Of a stretch of 64,000 bases of DNA, positions 50,878 through 60,774 are shown one piece after another. The notes under the pieces are model-generated. The model searched no databases. It was not told the origin of the DNA and worked only from the letters and a program-made list of their open reading frames with translations. The stretch is from an uncultured Planctomycetota bacterium (lineage in GTDB: Bacteria > Planctomycetota > Planctomycetia > Isosphaerales > Isosphaeraceae), in the NCBI GenBank assembly GCA_963737655.1, contig CAVTTN010000002.1:3872001-3936000 (forward strand), in the 5' to 3' direction. Numbering within the stretch: position 1 is the stretch's first letter; every line of letters starts with the position of its first letter. A program made the position numbers and the translations under genes.

Positions 50878-52391
50878 TTAGCTCTTGGATTCGATCTTCC
50901 AGCCGGTCCCGCCCGGCCGATCTTCCAAAACCACACCCAGCTTTCCCAGATCGTCGCGAATCTGGTCCGCAAGTCGGAAATTCTTCTCCTTGCGCACTTG
51001 CGTTCTCAAATCAACCAAAAGGTCCAGGAGGGCGGGAGTCAGGCCGGCTTCGGTCGGCGGCGCGGCCGTCGGCTGGCGGAAGAGGCCGAGGATTCGGGTG
51101 AGTTCGCGAAGGACCAGGACGCCGCGTCGCCAATCCGCCAGGCGGCCGGGGTCGCCGTCGGGCGATTCGATCCCCGCCTCGTCGGCGAAGCGGTTCAGGA
51201 CCCGGACGAGGCCATAAAGGGCCCCCAAGGCCCCACCCGTGTTGAAGTCATCATCCATCGCGTCCAGGAACTGGCGGCGGAACTCGGCGATCTCCGTGGC
51301 CAGCCCGGCAGTCGGCTGAGTCTCCGTAACCACTTTTCCGGCAGGCAGTTCCAGCGCAAAAAACGATGACCCGGTCACGCGTTCGAATCGTTCGAACAAC
51401 TGGCGGAAGGCCTGAAGCCCGCGGGCGGTCTCATCGAGCCGGCTGGGTCCGTAGTCGATCGGTCGGCGATAATGGCTCGCCAGGAGCAGGGCCCGCAGCG
51501 TATCGGGGTCGTGCCTGGCCAGCAAGTCACCCATCAAGACGATCGTCTCGGGGTCGGACTTGCTGATCTTCTTGCCACCCTTGGTAAGCAGGCCATTGTG
51601 AAGCCAATACGTCGCAAAAGGTTTGCCACTAAAGGATTCCGACTGCACCACTTCGTTTTCGTGGTGGGGGAAGACCAGGTCCAAACCCCCTCCATGGATA
51701 TCGAAATGTTCACCCAGGAGCTTCATGCTCATCGCGGAGCATTCGATATGCCAGCCCGGCCGGCCCGGCCCCCAGGGGCTGTCCCAGGCCGGCTCGCCCG
51801 GTTTCGACCCCTTCCAGAGGGCGAAATCGCCGGGGTGGCGCTTCCTCGACGACGGCTCGATCCTCGCCCCAGCCTGGAGTTCCTCGGGATGGCGGTGGCT
51901 CAGCTTCCCATAGTCCGGGCGCGGGTCACATCGAAGTACACGTCCCCCTCGGAGGCGTACGCAAACCCCTTGTCGATCAGACCTTGCGTGATGGTGAGTA
52001 TGTCCCCGATGTGCTCGGTCGCCCGGGGCATGTGGTCGATGCCGTCCACCCCGAGAGCGGTCAGGCACGCCACGTAGTCGGCCGTGACCCGCTCCGCCAG
52101 CTCCTTGACGCGGCTCGCCACGTCCCGATCCGCCGCGCCCTCCCCCTTGACCTGATTGATCAGCTTGTCGTCCACATCCGTGATGTTGACCACCCAGGTC
52201 ACGTCATAACCGGAATAGGCCAAATCGCGCTTAATGGTGTCGAAGATGACCGGTCCGACCATGTGACCGATGTGGCTCGGGGAGTAGACCGTCGGGCCGC
52301 AGACGTACATGCCCACCTTGCGACCGTCGGGATCGACGGTCTGGAACGGCTCCTTCGTCTGGGTGAGCGTGTTGTAGACGCGGAGCGGCAT
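50878..52391 (-). CDS. cysS: Cysteine--tRNA ligase; frameshift near 51920
   Basis: [50 protein letters not shown], split over two ORFs. Confidence 0.96.
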
Positions 52392-52440
52392 GGGCGGCGG
52401 TCTCGCTGGGAATGCGGGAAGTCTGGCGAAGCTCGGGGAT

Positions 52441-52917
52441 TCAGTGGCGCGATTCGAGGAGGACGACGGCCTCGCAAGAGATGGCCTCGGCCCGGCCGAT
52501 CGGCCCGACGTGCTCGCCGGTCTTGGCCTTGATGTTGACCGCATCGACATGGAGGCCGAGCAGGCCGGCCAGATTCGCCCGGATGGCGGGTTTGTGGTCC
52601 AGGAGCTTCGGTTTCTGAGCGTGGATGATCACGTCGCAATTCAAGGGCTGCCAACCCGATCGGGCGACTCGGGCGACCACTTCCGTCAGGAGGACCCGAC
52701 CTTCCAGGCCCGCCCACCGGGCGTCGGTATCGGGAAAGATTTCGCCGATATCACCCAGCCCGGCAGCCCCGAGGAGCGCGTCGGCCACGGCATGGAGGAC
52801 CACGTCGGCGTCCGAGTGGCCGAGGAGGCCCGACGGGTGGTCGATGCGGACCCCTCCCAGGATCAAGGGGCGGTCCGGGACGAGCCGGTGCGTGTCGTTA
52901 CCGATCCCCACCCTCAC
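52441..52917 (-). CDS. ispF: 2-C-methyl-D-erythritol 2,4-cyclodiphosphate synthase
   Basis: [31 protein letters not shown]. Confidence 0.95.
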   Translation of the reverse strand: MRVGIGNDTHRLVPDRPLILGGVRIDHPSGLLGHSDADVVLHAVADALLGAAGLGDIGEIFPDTDARWAGLEGRVLLTEVVARVARSGWQPLNCDVIIHAQKPKLLDHKPAIRANLAGLLGLHVDAVNIKAKTGEHVGPIGRAEAISCEAVVLLESRH

Positions 52918-53270
52918 TCGCCCACCTCCGCCGCTCGCCGGTCGGCCATCACCCACCTGGAGAGGATGGTAACCGCTTCCCCGGCTTGTTGCCAAGCCTC
53001 GTGGGCCGATTCCCCAATTCCCATTCTTCGGGTGGATTTTGGGAAGTTCGGTATGAAAAAACGTCAAGAACCGCGGATCGTCGAGAAATCCCAGGGGCCA
53101 TCGAATTTTTTCTAAAGTCTGACCATCACGGCGAAATCGGGCGTTGCGGTCCGCTCGGAGAAACGTTCCGGCACGGGCCGTGCAATTCCCCCAAGCCGTT
53201 CGGGAACGCCGCTGGAGGCGGAACGGACGCGACCGACCGACGCCCAGACCAAATCAAGGAAGGTACTCCC

Positions 53271-53465
53271 ATGCTCGTCCTGAGCCGCAAGCTGAACGAG
53301 AAGATCGTCATCAACGGCAACATCATCGTGACGATCGTGAAAATCGACCGCAATCAGATCCGCATCGGCATCGAGGCCCCGGGCGAGATCCCGGTCTACC
53401 GCGAGGAAATCCTGCCGATGGCCCTGGCCCGCGGGACCGAGACCGAGCTCCTGGTCCAGGCCTGA
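53271..53465 (+). CDS. csrA: Carbon storage regulator
   Basis: MLVLSRK.NEKIVI...IRIGIEAP...VYREEI. Confidence 0.95.
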   Translation: MLVLSRKLNEKIVINGNIIVTIVKIDRNQIRIGIEAPGEIPVYREEILPMALARGTETELLVQA

Positions 53466-53585
53466 AAAAAGTCGCGGGACCGCCGCGGTTCTCGCTCGAC
53501 AATCGCTCCGTCCGGCCGTAAGGTGAAACAACGCTTGAACCCCAGGCCAGCCAGGCCGAGCGGCCCAGTCGAGGAGAATCGGACG

Positions 53586-54809
53586 ATGCCCGAGACCCAA
53601 TCCGAGACCATCGGACGACGCGACTTGCTCAAGGCCGGCGCGGTTGCCGGCGCCGCGATCACGCTTCATGCCACCGGCGGGGCCGCCGAAGCCCAGGCGT
53701 CGAAGGCGACGCTCCCCACCCGCAAGCTGGGCAAGACCGGCGTGGACGTGACCATCCTCAACCAGGGGACGTGGCAGGCCTCGGGCCTCGACCGCATCCT
53801 CCGGACCGCCTACGCCAGCGGCATCCGATACTTCGACACCGCCAAGAGTTACGGCTCCGAAGGCGGGTTCAAGAAGTGGTTCCAGCAGATGCCCGAGGTC
53901 CGCAAGGAAATCTTCCTCGTCACCAAGGACTCGCCGAGGGAACCCAAGCAACTGATCGCCATGCTCGACGACCGGCTGGACAAGCTCGGCACCGACTACG
54001 TCGACCTGATCTTCTGCCACGCCATGGGCGACCACAACGAGCCCCTGGACTGGCCCAAGAGCAAGGAATTCGCCGAGACGATCGAGAAGATCAAGAAGTC
54101 CGGCAAGGCGAAGTTCGTCGGCTTCTCGACCCACCACGCCAACCGCGCCCAGTACATCCAGGCGGCGGCCGACGGCGGGTTCGTCGATGCGATCATGCTC
54201 CAGTACACGCCCTGGCTCGACAAGGACGCCCCGCTCAATAAGGCCCTGGACGCCGCGCATAAGGTCGGCATCGGCCTGGTCTCGATGAAGCAGGTGGCCG
54301 GGCAGTTCGGCGACGCCCGGGAAGGCGGCGTGCTCGACGAGGTCAAGAAGCGGATGCCGACCCTGAAGGAAAAGGGACTCAGCCCCTACCAGGCCCTCCT
54401 CCACGCCATCTGGACCGACGAGCGGATCTCCAGCTCGTGCGTGTCGATGCGCAATACCGATCAGATCCGCGAGAACGTCGAGGCCGCCCGCAAGTTCGAG
54501 CCGCTGAAGGAGGCCCAGCTCCGCGAGCTGCGAGACGCCGTCCTCGCCTCCGGCCCGACCCTCTGCGCCGACTGCGACGGCCGGTGCGCCCTGGCCGCCG
54601 GCACCTCCGCCCGCCTCGGCGACCTCACCCGCTACCTGACCTACCACGACCACCACGGCGACCGCGGCGAGGCCCGCCGGCTCTACTCCGAACTGACCGA
54701 AACCGAACGGAACTGGCAGGGGGCCGACCTGGCCGCCGCCCGCGAAGCCTGCCCGACCGGGCTCGATTTCACGAGGCTCCTGCCCCGGGTCGACGAACGG
54801 CTCGCCTGA
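53586..54809 (+). CDS. Aldo/keto reductase with twin-Arg leader and C-terminal Cys cluster
   Basis: GRRDLLK, RKLGKTG, FDTAKSY, LVTK, GTDYVDL, CADCDGRC...CP. Confidence 0.9.
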   Translation: MPETQSETIGRRDLLKAGAVAGAAITLHATGGAAEAQASKATLPTRKLGKTGVDVTILNQGTWQASGLDRILRTAYASGIRYFDTAKSYGSEGGFKKWFQQMPEVRKEIFLVTKDSPREPKQLIAMLDDRLDKLGTDYVDLIFCHAMGDHNEPLDWPKSKEFAETIEKIKKSGKAKFVGFSTHHANRAQYIQAAADGGFVDAIMLQYTPWLDKDAPLNKALDAAHKVGIGLVSMKQVAGQFGDAREGGVLDEVKKRMPTLKEKGLSPYQALLHAIWTDERISSSCVSMRNTDQIRENVEAARKFEPLKEAQLRELRDAVLASGPTLCADCDGRCALAAGTSARLGDLTRYLTYHDHHGDRGEARRLYSELTETERNWQGADLAAAREACPTGLDFTRLLPRVDERLA

Positions 54810-54833
54810 TCGCCTCGAGCTGGCGCCGACTTC

Positions 54834-54909
54834 GAAGGCCCGGGCGTCTCCGAATCCGTTCGGAGGCGTCCGGGCCTTCTCATGCGCAAACCGGATTCTC
54901 GGTTTTTTT
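54834..54909 (+). terminator. Long hairpin followed by intrinsic terminator
   Basis: 21-bp stem at 54834-54879 (2 G-U), then aaaccg/cggttt plus T-run. Confidence 0.65.
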
Positions 54910-55053
54910 GCTTGAGCCCATTCCGAGGGGCGTCCATGATGGGTGGGCCCGGGCCGAACGGTCTCTCCCCGTGTTCGCTTCCGGGACCACGCAGCCATGC
55001 CACGGTCCGTAACGGCGCGGACGCGGATGGATTCCGGGACAGGGCGAGGATCC

Positions 55054-55458
55054 ATGGCCAAGAACATCTATGTGGGCAACCTGCCCTACGACACCACGGG
55101 GGATGACCTCGTCGAGCTGTTCGGGACCTACGGGACGGTGACGAGCGGCCAGGTCATCATCGACAAATTCAGCGGCCGGAGCCGCGGCTTCGGCTTCGTG
55201 GAGATGGCCATCGACGACGAGGCCCAGGCCGCGATCGACGCCCTGAACGGCTCCCCCTACGGAGGCCGCCCCCTGACCGTCAACGAGGCCCGCCCTCGCG
55301 AGGAACGCGGGGGCGGCGGAGGAGGCGGCCGAGGCGGATTCGGCGGAGGAGGCCGGGGCGGTTACAGCGGGGGCGGAAGTGGGGGCAGTGGCGGAGGTTA
55401 TGGCGGGGGCGGCGGTTACGGCGGAGGAGGCGGAGGCTACGGCGGCGGCGGGTATTGA
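55054..55458 (+). CDS. RRM RNA-binding protein with Gly-rich tail
   Basis: IYVGNL (RNP2), RGFGFVEM (RNP1), LTVNEARPRE, GGGY repeats. Confidence 0.96.
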   Translation: MAKNIYVGNLPYDTTGDDLVELFGTYGTVTSGQVIIDKFSGRSRGFGFVEMAIDDEAQAAIDALNGSPYGGRPLTVNEARPREERGGGGGGGRGGFGGGGRGGYSGGGSGGSGGGYGGGGGYGGGGGGYGGGGY

Positions 55459-55638
55459 AGGGCGTCCCCGGCGATTCCGCGATGCCGGCCGGTAGCCTCT
55501 TGGCGAAGCGATCGTGTTGAGGTAGAGTAGAACTCTTGTCGCCACCGAGCCCGGGGCCGTCGCCACGACCCCGTCGAACTCGGTGGCCCCGGTCGATGAT
55601 CCGGCCTGTCGGCTCCTCTTTGTCGCGGGGGTTGGGTT

Positions 55639-55827
55639 GTGGTGAAGCTCAGGGTGAGGTCGGGCGAATCGATCCAGGATGCGGTCCGACGATTCCGGAA
55701 GCTCTGCGAGCGCAGCGGCTTGCGGAAAGAGATGAGGCGCAAGGCCTACTACGAGAAGCCCAGCGAGCGCCGTCGCCGCGAGGAGCTCAAGAGGCTCCGC
55801 AAGGCCCGTCAGGCCGCCCGCGTCTGA
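55639..55827 (+). CDS. rpsU: 30S ribosomal protein bS21
   Basis: [13 protein letters not shown]...[16 protein letters not shown]. Confidence 0.95.
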   Translation: MVKLRVRSGESIQDAVRRFRKLCERSGLRKEMRRKAYYEKPSERRRREELKRLRKARQAARV

Positions 55828-56442
55828 CCGGCACCATCTCGCCATCGCCTCGACCGAGCCCCGGGCGAATCCCCGGGGTCGGACTCTCCACGTCCCGACC
55901 ACGCCGACCCCCTTTCCCGCCCCGTTCGCTCGCCGTCCCTTCCGGTACGATCGCGACCGGCCCCGGCGGCGATCACTCATTCCGAAATCTCGGCGATCCT
56001 GACGGGGCAACGGTTCAGGATCCGTTGATGTCCATCGGGTCCGGCCGACGGTCCGCCATTCGGACCCGTTTCGCGTCCCGGAGCGGGTTTGGCGCCGGGT
56101 TTTGGGGTCGACGCAACCTCCCACGAAGTCGTGATTTCCGTCTTTAAGTGCAGACAGGTGAAAATCTTTGAATTTTTTTGGGTGGCGCGCACGCTGCGCA
56201 GCGGGAAATGGCTTGTTTTCCAGGCCCAAACCCCACTTTGCATCGCCAAGTGTAGTCAAGTTCCATTTCACCGCCTTGTCAAATTCGTATTTGACAATCT
56301 TTAAGTGATTGGTTGCCATTCTTGAATCACGATCCGAAAAATATGGTGATAGCATCATTAACAAAGAGCGGCCACTGGATAAAGCAGATTAAGGATTTCT
56401 CACAGGCTCATGAGTCCGGATTGGTGGTGACGTCGGATCTCC

Positions 56443-56563
56443 CTCGTTCCCACGCTCGGCGTGGGAATGCCGTCTTGCACGCTCCGCGTGCCTGCGGACG
56501 CCGACGAGCGAAGAGGACGCGGAGCGTCGAAGACGGCATTCCCACGCCGAGCGTGGGAACGAG
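56443..56563. repeat. REPIN/MITE-like nested palindrome
   Basis: Perfect 34-bp terminal IR (56443-56476 / 56530-56563); each arm is itself a hairpin. Confidence 0.9.
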
Positions 56564-56707
56564 TTATTGAGCAAGCACCAATCTTGAATTATAAATTTTC
56601 TTACATTTGATAATCTATGGAATCTGCGGTTGCTGAAGCCCCTCTTTGCTTGGATCATGTCGGGCCAACCTGATTGCGTAACCGCGATGCCGGGAGCCTC
56701 GATCCGA

Positions 56708-58132
56708 TCAAACGTCCACGTCTCGACCCTGCGCCAGGGCGTGGGGGAAGCGTTTTCGGATGGGTTCGACCTGCTCGGCCACGAACCGGGCGACCTGCTC
56801 GGGCGATCGGCCGACGAACCGGGCGGGGTCCATCTCGGCGTCGAGGTCGATGCCGACGAATGAGGGGTCGGCTCGCAACAAATCCATCAAGATGTTTTCG
56901 CCGCCGGATTTCATCGATTGCGCGGCTTCCAGGGAGTGGACGCGGATGCGTTCGTGGAGCTCCTGGCGGTCGCCCCCGGCCCGGGTGGCGGCCATCATGA
57001 GGTTCTCGGTGGCCATAAATGGCAAATGTTCGGCGACGTTGCGGGCGATGACGGGGGGGTGGACGACGAGTCCGGGCACCACGTTTAAATAAAGAGTCAG
57101 GACGGCGTCGGCGGCGAGGAAGGCCTGGGGGAGGAAGAGGCGGCGGACGGCGCTATCGTCCAGGGTGCGTTCGAGCCACTGGGTGGCGGCGGTCTGCGAG
57201 GCCGGGGCGGCCATCGCCATCAGGAAGCGAGCCAGCGAGCACATGCGCTCGGCCCTCATGGGATTGCGCTTGTACGCCATCGCCGAGGAGCCGATCTGGT
57301 CGCTCTCGAACGGCTCCTCGACCTCGCGTTCATGCGCCAGCAACCGCAAATCCGAGCCGAACCGATGGGCCGTCTCGCCGAACCCGGCCAGGGCGGCGAC
57401 GACCTGGGCATCGACCTTCCGCGAATACGTCTGGCCCGAGACGGCGTAGGACTCGGAGAACCCGAACGCCTCGGCGACCCGCCGATCGAGTTCGTCGACC
57501 TTCGACCCATCGCCATCGAAGAGCGCCAGGAAGCTCGCCTGGGTGCCGGTCGTCCCCTTCACCCCCAAAAATTTCAACGTCTGCATCCGATGCTCGACCT
57601 CGGCCAGGTCGAGCAGCAATTCGTGACACCAGAGCGTCGCTCGCTTGCCCACGGTCACGAGCTGGGCGGGCTGGAAATGGGTGTAGCCGAGGCAGGGCAG
57701 GTCCTTCCACTCGACCGCAAACGTCGCGAGGGCATCGATGGCGCCGACCAGCCCGTCGCGGACCGCCGCCAGCGCCTCCCGGATCAGGATCAGGTCGGTA
57801 TTATCCGTGACATAACAGCTCGTGGCGCCGAGGTGGATGATCCCCCTCGCCTCGGGGACGGCCTCGCCGAACGTGTGGACATGGGCCATCACGTCATGGC
57901 GGAGCCGTTTCTCATGGCGTCTCGCGGCCTCGAAGTCGATGTCATCCACCCTGGCCTTCATCGCCTCGATCTGCGATGCCGAGATGTTCAAACCAAGATC
58001 CCGCTCGGCCTCGGCCAGCGCGACCCAGAGCCTCCGCCAGGTCGAATGCTTCCGCTGGGGGGACCAGAGGGCCGACATCGCCTTGCTGGCATATCGGGTA
58101 ATGAGCGGGTTGTCGTAGTGATGATGATCCAT
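56708..58132 (-). CDS. purB: Adenylosuccinate lyase
   Basis: [46 protein letters not shown]. Confidence 0.96.
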   Translation of the reverse strand: MDHHHYDNPLITRYASKAMSALWSPQRKHSTWRRLWVALAEAERDLGLNISASQIEAMKARVDDIDFEAARRHEKRLRHDVMAHVHTFGEAVPEARGIIHLGATSCYVTDNTDLILIREALAAVRDGLVGAIDALATFAVEWKDLPCLGYTHFQPAQLVTVGKRATLWCHELLLDLAEVEHRMQTLKFLGVKGTTGTQASFLALFDGDGSKVDELDRRVAEAFGFSESYAVSGQTYSRKVDAQVVAALAGFGETAHRFGSDLRLLAHEREVEEPFESDQIGSSAMAYKRNPMRAERMCSLARFLMAMAAPASQTAATQWLERTLDDSAVRRLFLPQAFLAADAVLTLYLNVVPGLVVHPPVIARNVAEHLPFMATENLMMAATRAGGDRQELHERIRVHSLEAAQSMKSGGENILMDLLRADPSFVGIDLDAEMDPARFVGRSPEQVARFVAEQVEPIRKRFPHALAQGRDVDV

Positions 58133-58148
58133 GGTTGACTCGGAGAGA

Positions 58149-59282
58149 TCATTTTGATTTCGAATTCGAGAGATCGGTGATCCTGGCGATGATCTCTATT
58201 TTCGGCCTCTTCGCCCGGAGGTTGGCGACTCCGTTTGGTGTGACATTCGTGCCGGTGATGACCAGCGTGGCACAGGCTGGAAGCCCGGGAGGTTCCAGGA
58301 GTCGTGTGAGGCCGTCGTCCCCTACCTTGGCGCGGTTGAGGTTCAGGCTTTTGAGGTCCCTCAGGCTCCTCAACGATTCCAGTCCCTCGTCGGTCACCTT
58401 GGATCCCCCGAGCGCCAGGAAGCGCAGCTCGGGCAGCCCCGAGAGGTGGTGGAGGCCGGGCCCGGCTACCTGGCTTCCCTGGAGGGAGAGCGACCTCAGT
58501 CCTCGGAGGCCGGAGACGCACGCCAGGCCGGCATCCTGGATCGGCGAATCGTTGGCGTCCAGGATGGCCAGCCTGGGCGATCCTCCGAACGGCCCGAGAT
58601 CCGTGATGCTTGTGCCGTGCAGGTAAAGTTGCTCCAGTCGGTTCATCCCTCTCAATGTCGCCGCCCCGCGGTCGGTCACGTCCGGCCCGGCGAGTGCGAG
58701 CGATTTGAGCTTCTTGAGGCGGGAGAAGTGGAGCACGTCGGCATCCTCCATCCGGAATGGGGGATACGCCAGGTCTTCCAGGTCGGTCAGGTCGGCGACG
58801 TGGGCGAGGCCGGGCCCTCGAATCGCTGTCCCATGAACATACAGGGTCTTGAGTCGCTTCAAACCCCGAACATGCACCATGCCGGCGTCCGTGATGGCGG
58901 TCCCGAACAGGGAAAGATATTCTAAACCGTCAAGTCGGCCGATCTTCTCCATCAGAGCATCATCGACGGCCGCCCCCTTGTTGCTCAGTCCCACCGCCAC
59001 CGGCTTCCCGAAGGCGTCCGGCCCTAGGAACTTGACGAGCCAGCCCGGCCAGGGACCGGGCGGCCCGGCATTGGGGACGGGGTTCCCGTCCCGCCATTCC
59101 CAGTCGTAGGAGATGCTCCCGCCCGCCGCCCGGACGGCATCCACCGCGCTTCTCTGGACCCACGAATGATAGGCGACCCACGCATAAACGAGGCCCACGA
59201 CAACCAATGTGGCGGAGGCTAACCAGAGGGAACGGCGGAGGGTTCTCTTTCGATGTGGGATCGATGCTCCTGGATCGGTCAT
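58149..59282 (-). CDS. Leucine-rich repeat protein with N-terminal TM anchor
   Basis: TM helix, [18 protein letters not shown] LRRs; same architecture as 27723..29384. Confidence 0.88.
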   Translation of the reverse strand: MTDPGASIPHRKRTLRRSLWLASATLVVVGLVYAWVAYHSWVQRSAVDAVRAAGGSISYDWEWRDGNPVPNAGPPGPWPGWLVKFLGPDAFGKPVAVGLSNKGAAVDDALMEKIGRLDGLEYLSLFGTAITDAGMVHVRGLKRLKTLYVHGTAIRGPGLAHVADLTDLEDLAYPPFRMEDADVLHFSRLKKLKSLALAGPDVTDRGAATLRGMNRLEQLYLHGTSITDLGPFGGSPRLAILDANDSPIQDAGLACVSGLRGLRSLSLQGSQVAGPGLHHLSGLPELRFLALGGSKVTDEGLESLRSLRDLKSLNLNRAKVGDDGLTRLLEPPGLPACATLVITGTNVTPNGVANLRAKRPKIEIIARITDLSNSKSK

Positions 59283-59307
59283 TGTCCTGTTCCATCCAAA
59301 GAGGCCG

Positions 59308-59376
59308 TTTTGTAGGGCGGGCCCTGGCCTGCCGTCTTCGGGCCGAACTCGGCAGGCCAGGGCCTGCCCTACAAAA
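59308..59376. repeat. GTAG-type REP-like inverted repeat
   Basis: ttttGTAGggcgggccctggcctgccg / cggcaggccagggcctgccCTACaaaa; 27-bp arms, 1 mismatch. Confidence 0.8.
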
Positions 59377-59404
59377 AAGCGCAAAATCGACCGAGCCCCG
59401 TTCG

Positions 59405-60634
59405 TTAGATTCCTCCGAGGACCCGGGCTCGGCCGACTCGATTGATGGCGAGCATGAACGCGGCGGTCCTCATGGAGACGCCCTTTTTCTTGGCGAGGTC
59501 GTAGACCTTGGCGAAGCTTTCGACGAGCCGGGTTTCTTCCTCGCGGCGGACCTGTTCCAGCGGCCAGCGGAAGTGCTGGAGGTTCTGGACCCATTCGAAA
59601 TAGCTGACGATCACCCCTCCGGCGTTGGCGAGGATGTCGGGGACGACGGGGATCCCTCTTCGTTCGAAGACCTCGTCGGCCTCGGGCCAGGTGGGGCCGT
59701 TGGCGGCCTCGACGATCAGGCTGGCCCGGACGGATTCGGCGATCGTCTTGTCGAACACGCCCCCGAGGGCGGCGGGGATCAGGACGTCCACCTCGGTGGT
59801 CAAGAGCTGGTCGTTCGTCCCGGCGTCCCCCCCCTTGAAGCCGACGACCTTGCGGTTCACGCCGACGTGGCGGTCGAGTTCGGGGATGTCGATGCCTTCG
59901 GGTCGGAAGATGGCGCCGTAGGCGTCGGAGACGGCGGTGATGGTGCCGCCGTCGTCGTGGAGGAAGCGGGCGGCGAAGCTGCCGACGTTGCCGTAGCCCT
60001 GGATGGCGAAGGTGGTGCCGGCGATCTCCTTGCCTTGCCTTCGGAGCATCTCGCGGGTCACGAGGAAGATGCCGAATCCGGTGGCGGCCTCGCGGCCGGC
60101 GGAGCCGTGGAACTCGACGGGCTTGCCGGTGACGCAGGCGGGGTGGAAGCCGTGGAACTTGGTGTATTCGTTCATGATCCACGCCATGACCTGGGCGTCG
60201 GTGCCCATGTCCGGGGCGGGGATGTCCTTGTCGGGGCCGATGAAGTCGTGGATCTGCTGGACGAACCGGCGGGTCAGGCGTTCGAGCTCCCCTCGGGAGA
60301 GCTTGGAGGGGTCGCAGTTCACGCCGCCCTTGGCGCCCCCGTAGGGCAGGTCGACGACGGCCGTCTTCCACGTCATCAGGCTGGCGAGGGAGCGGGCCTC
60401 GTCGGCATCGACGTGGGGGTGATAGCGCAGGCCCCCTTTGAAGGGGCCTCGGGCGTTGTCGTGCTGGATCCGGTAGCCGATGAAGTTGCCGATCTGGCCG
60501 TCGTCGCGCTCGATCGCCACCTCGACGCGGAGCTCGCGGTCGGGCGTGATCATCATCGTCCTCATGTTGCCGGTGAGGTCGAGGAGGCCGGCGGCGCGGT
60601 CGAAATAGACGTTCGTGGCCTCGAAGGCTTGCAT
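59405..60634 (-). CDS. gdhA: Glu/Leu/Phe/Val dehydrogenase (glutamate dehydrogenase)
   Basis: RGPFKGGLRYHP, MTWK, GGAKGG, DIPAPD, QGYGNVG, EAANGP, NAGGVIVSYFEW. Confidence 0.93.
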   Translation of the reverse strand: MQAFEATNVYFDRAAGLLDLTGNMRTMMITPDRELRVEVAIERDDGQIGNFIGYRIQHDNARGPFKGGLRYHPHVDADEARSLASLMTWKTAVVDLPYGGAKGGVNCDPSKLSRGELERLTRRFVQQIHDFIGPDKDIPAPDMGTDAQVMAWIMNEYTKFHGFHPACVTGKPVEFHGSAGREAATGFGIFLVTREMLRRQGKEIAGTTFAIQGYGNVGSFAARFLHDDGGTITAVSDAYGAIFRPEGIDIPELDRHVGVNRKVVGFKGGDAGTNDQLLTTEVDVLIPAALGGVFDKTIAESVRASLIVEAANGPTWPEADEVFERRGIPVVPDILANAGGVIVSYFEWVQNLQHFRWPLEQVRREEETRLVESFAKVYDLAKKKGVSMRTAAFMLAINRVGRARVLGGI

Positions 60635-60774
60635 GGGGCGCCCGGGTCCGGGTTAATGGAGAGGTCGAGCAGTGGCCCTCGCGGCCCAGCCCGATCGTAC
60701 CGGGGGGCGCCGGGGGCCGCAAGGTTGGACGCTCCGCACCCGGCACCCCCACTTCGGCACTCTCTCGGTGAGCG

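Noticed and set aside
44670..52391. hisF and cysS as pseudogenes or programmed frameshifts
   Set aside because: Core genes, single indels, no other decay; the same error pattern recurs across the window
53150..53270. GGA motifs in the csrA leader as autoregulatory sites
   Set aside because: GGA is common at this GC content; no convincing GGA-loop hairpins
55310..55455. GGC/GGA low-complexity DNA repeat
   Set aside because: Explained by the Gly-rich tail of the RRM protein
56130..56700. oriC
   Set aside because: AT-rich, but no clear TTATCCACA boxes or dnaA nearby, and skew flips occur at several places
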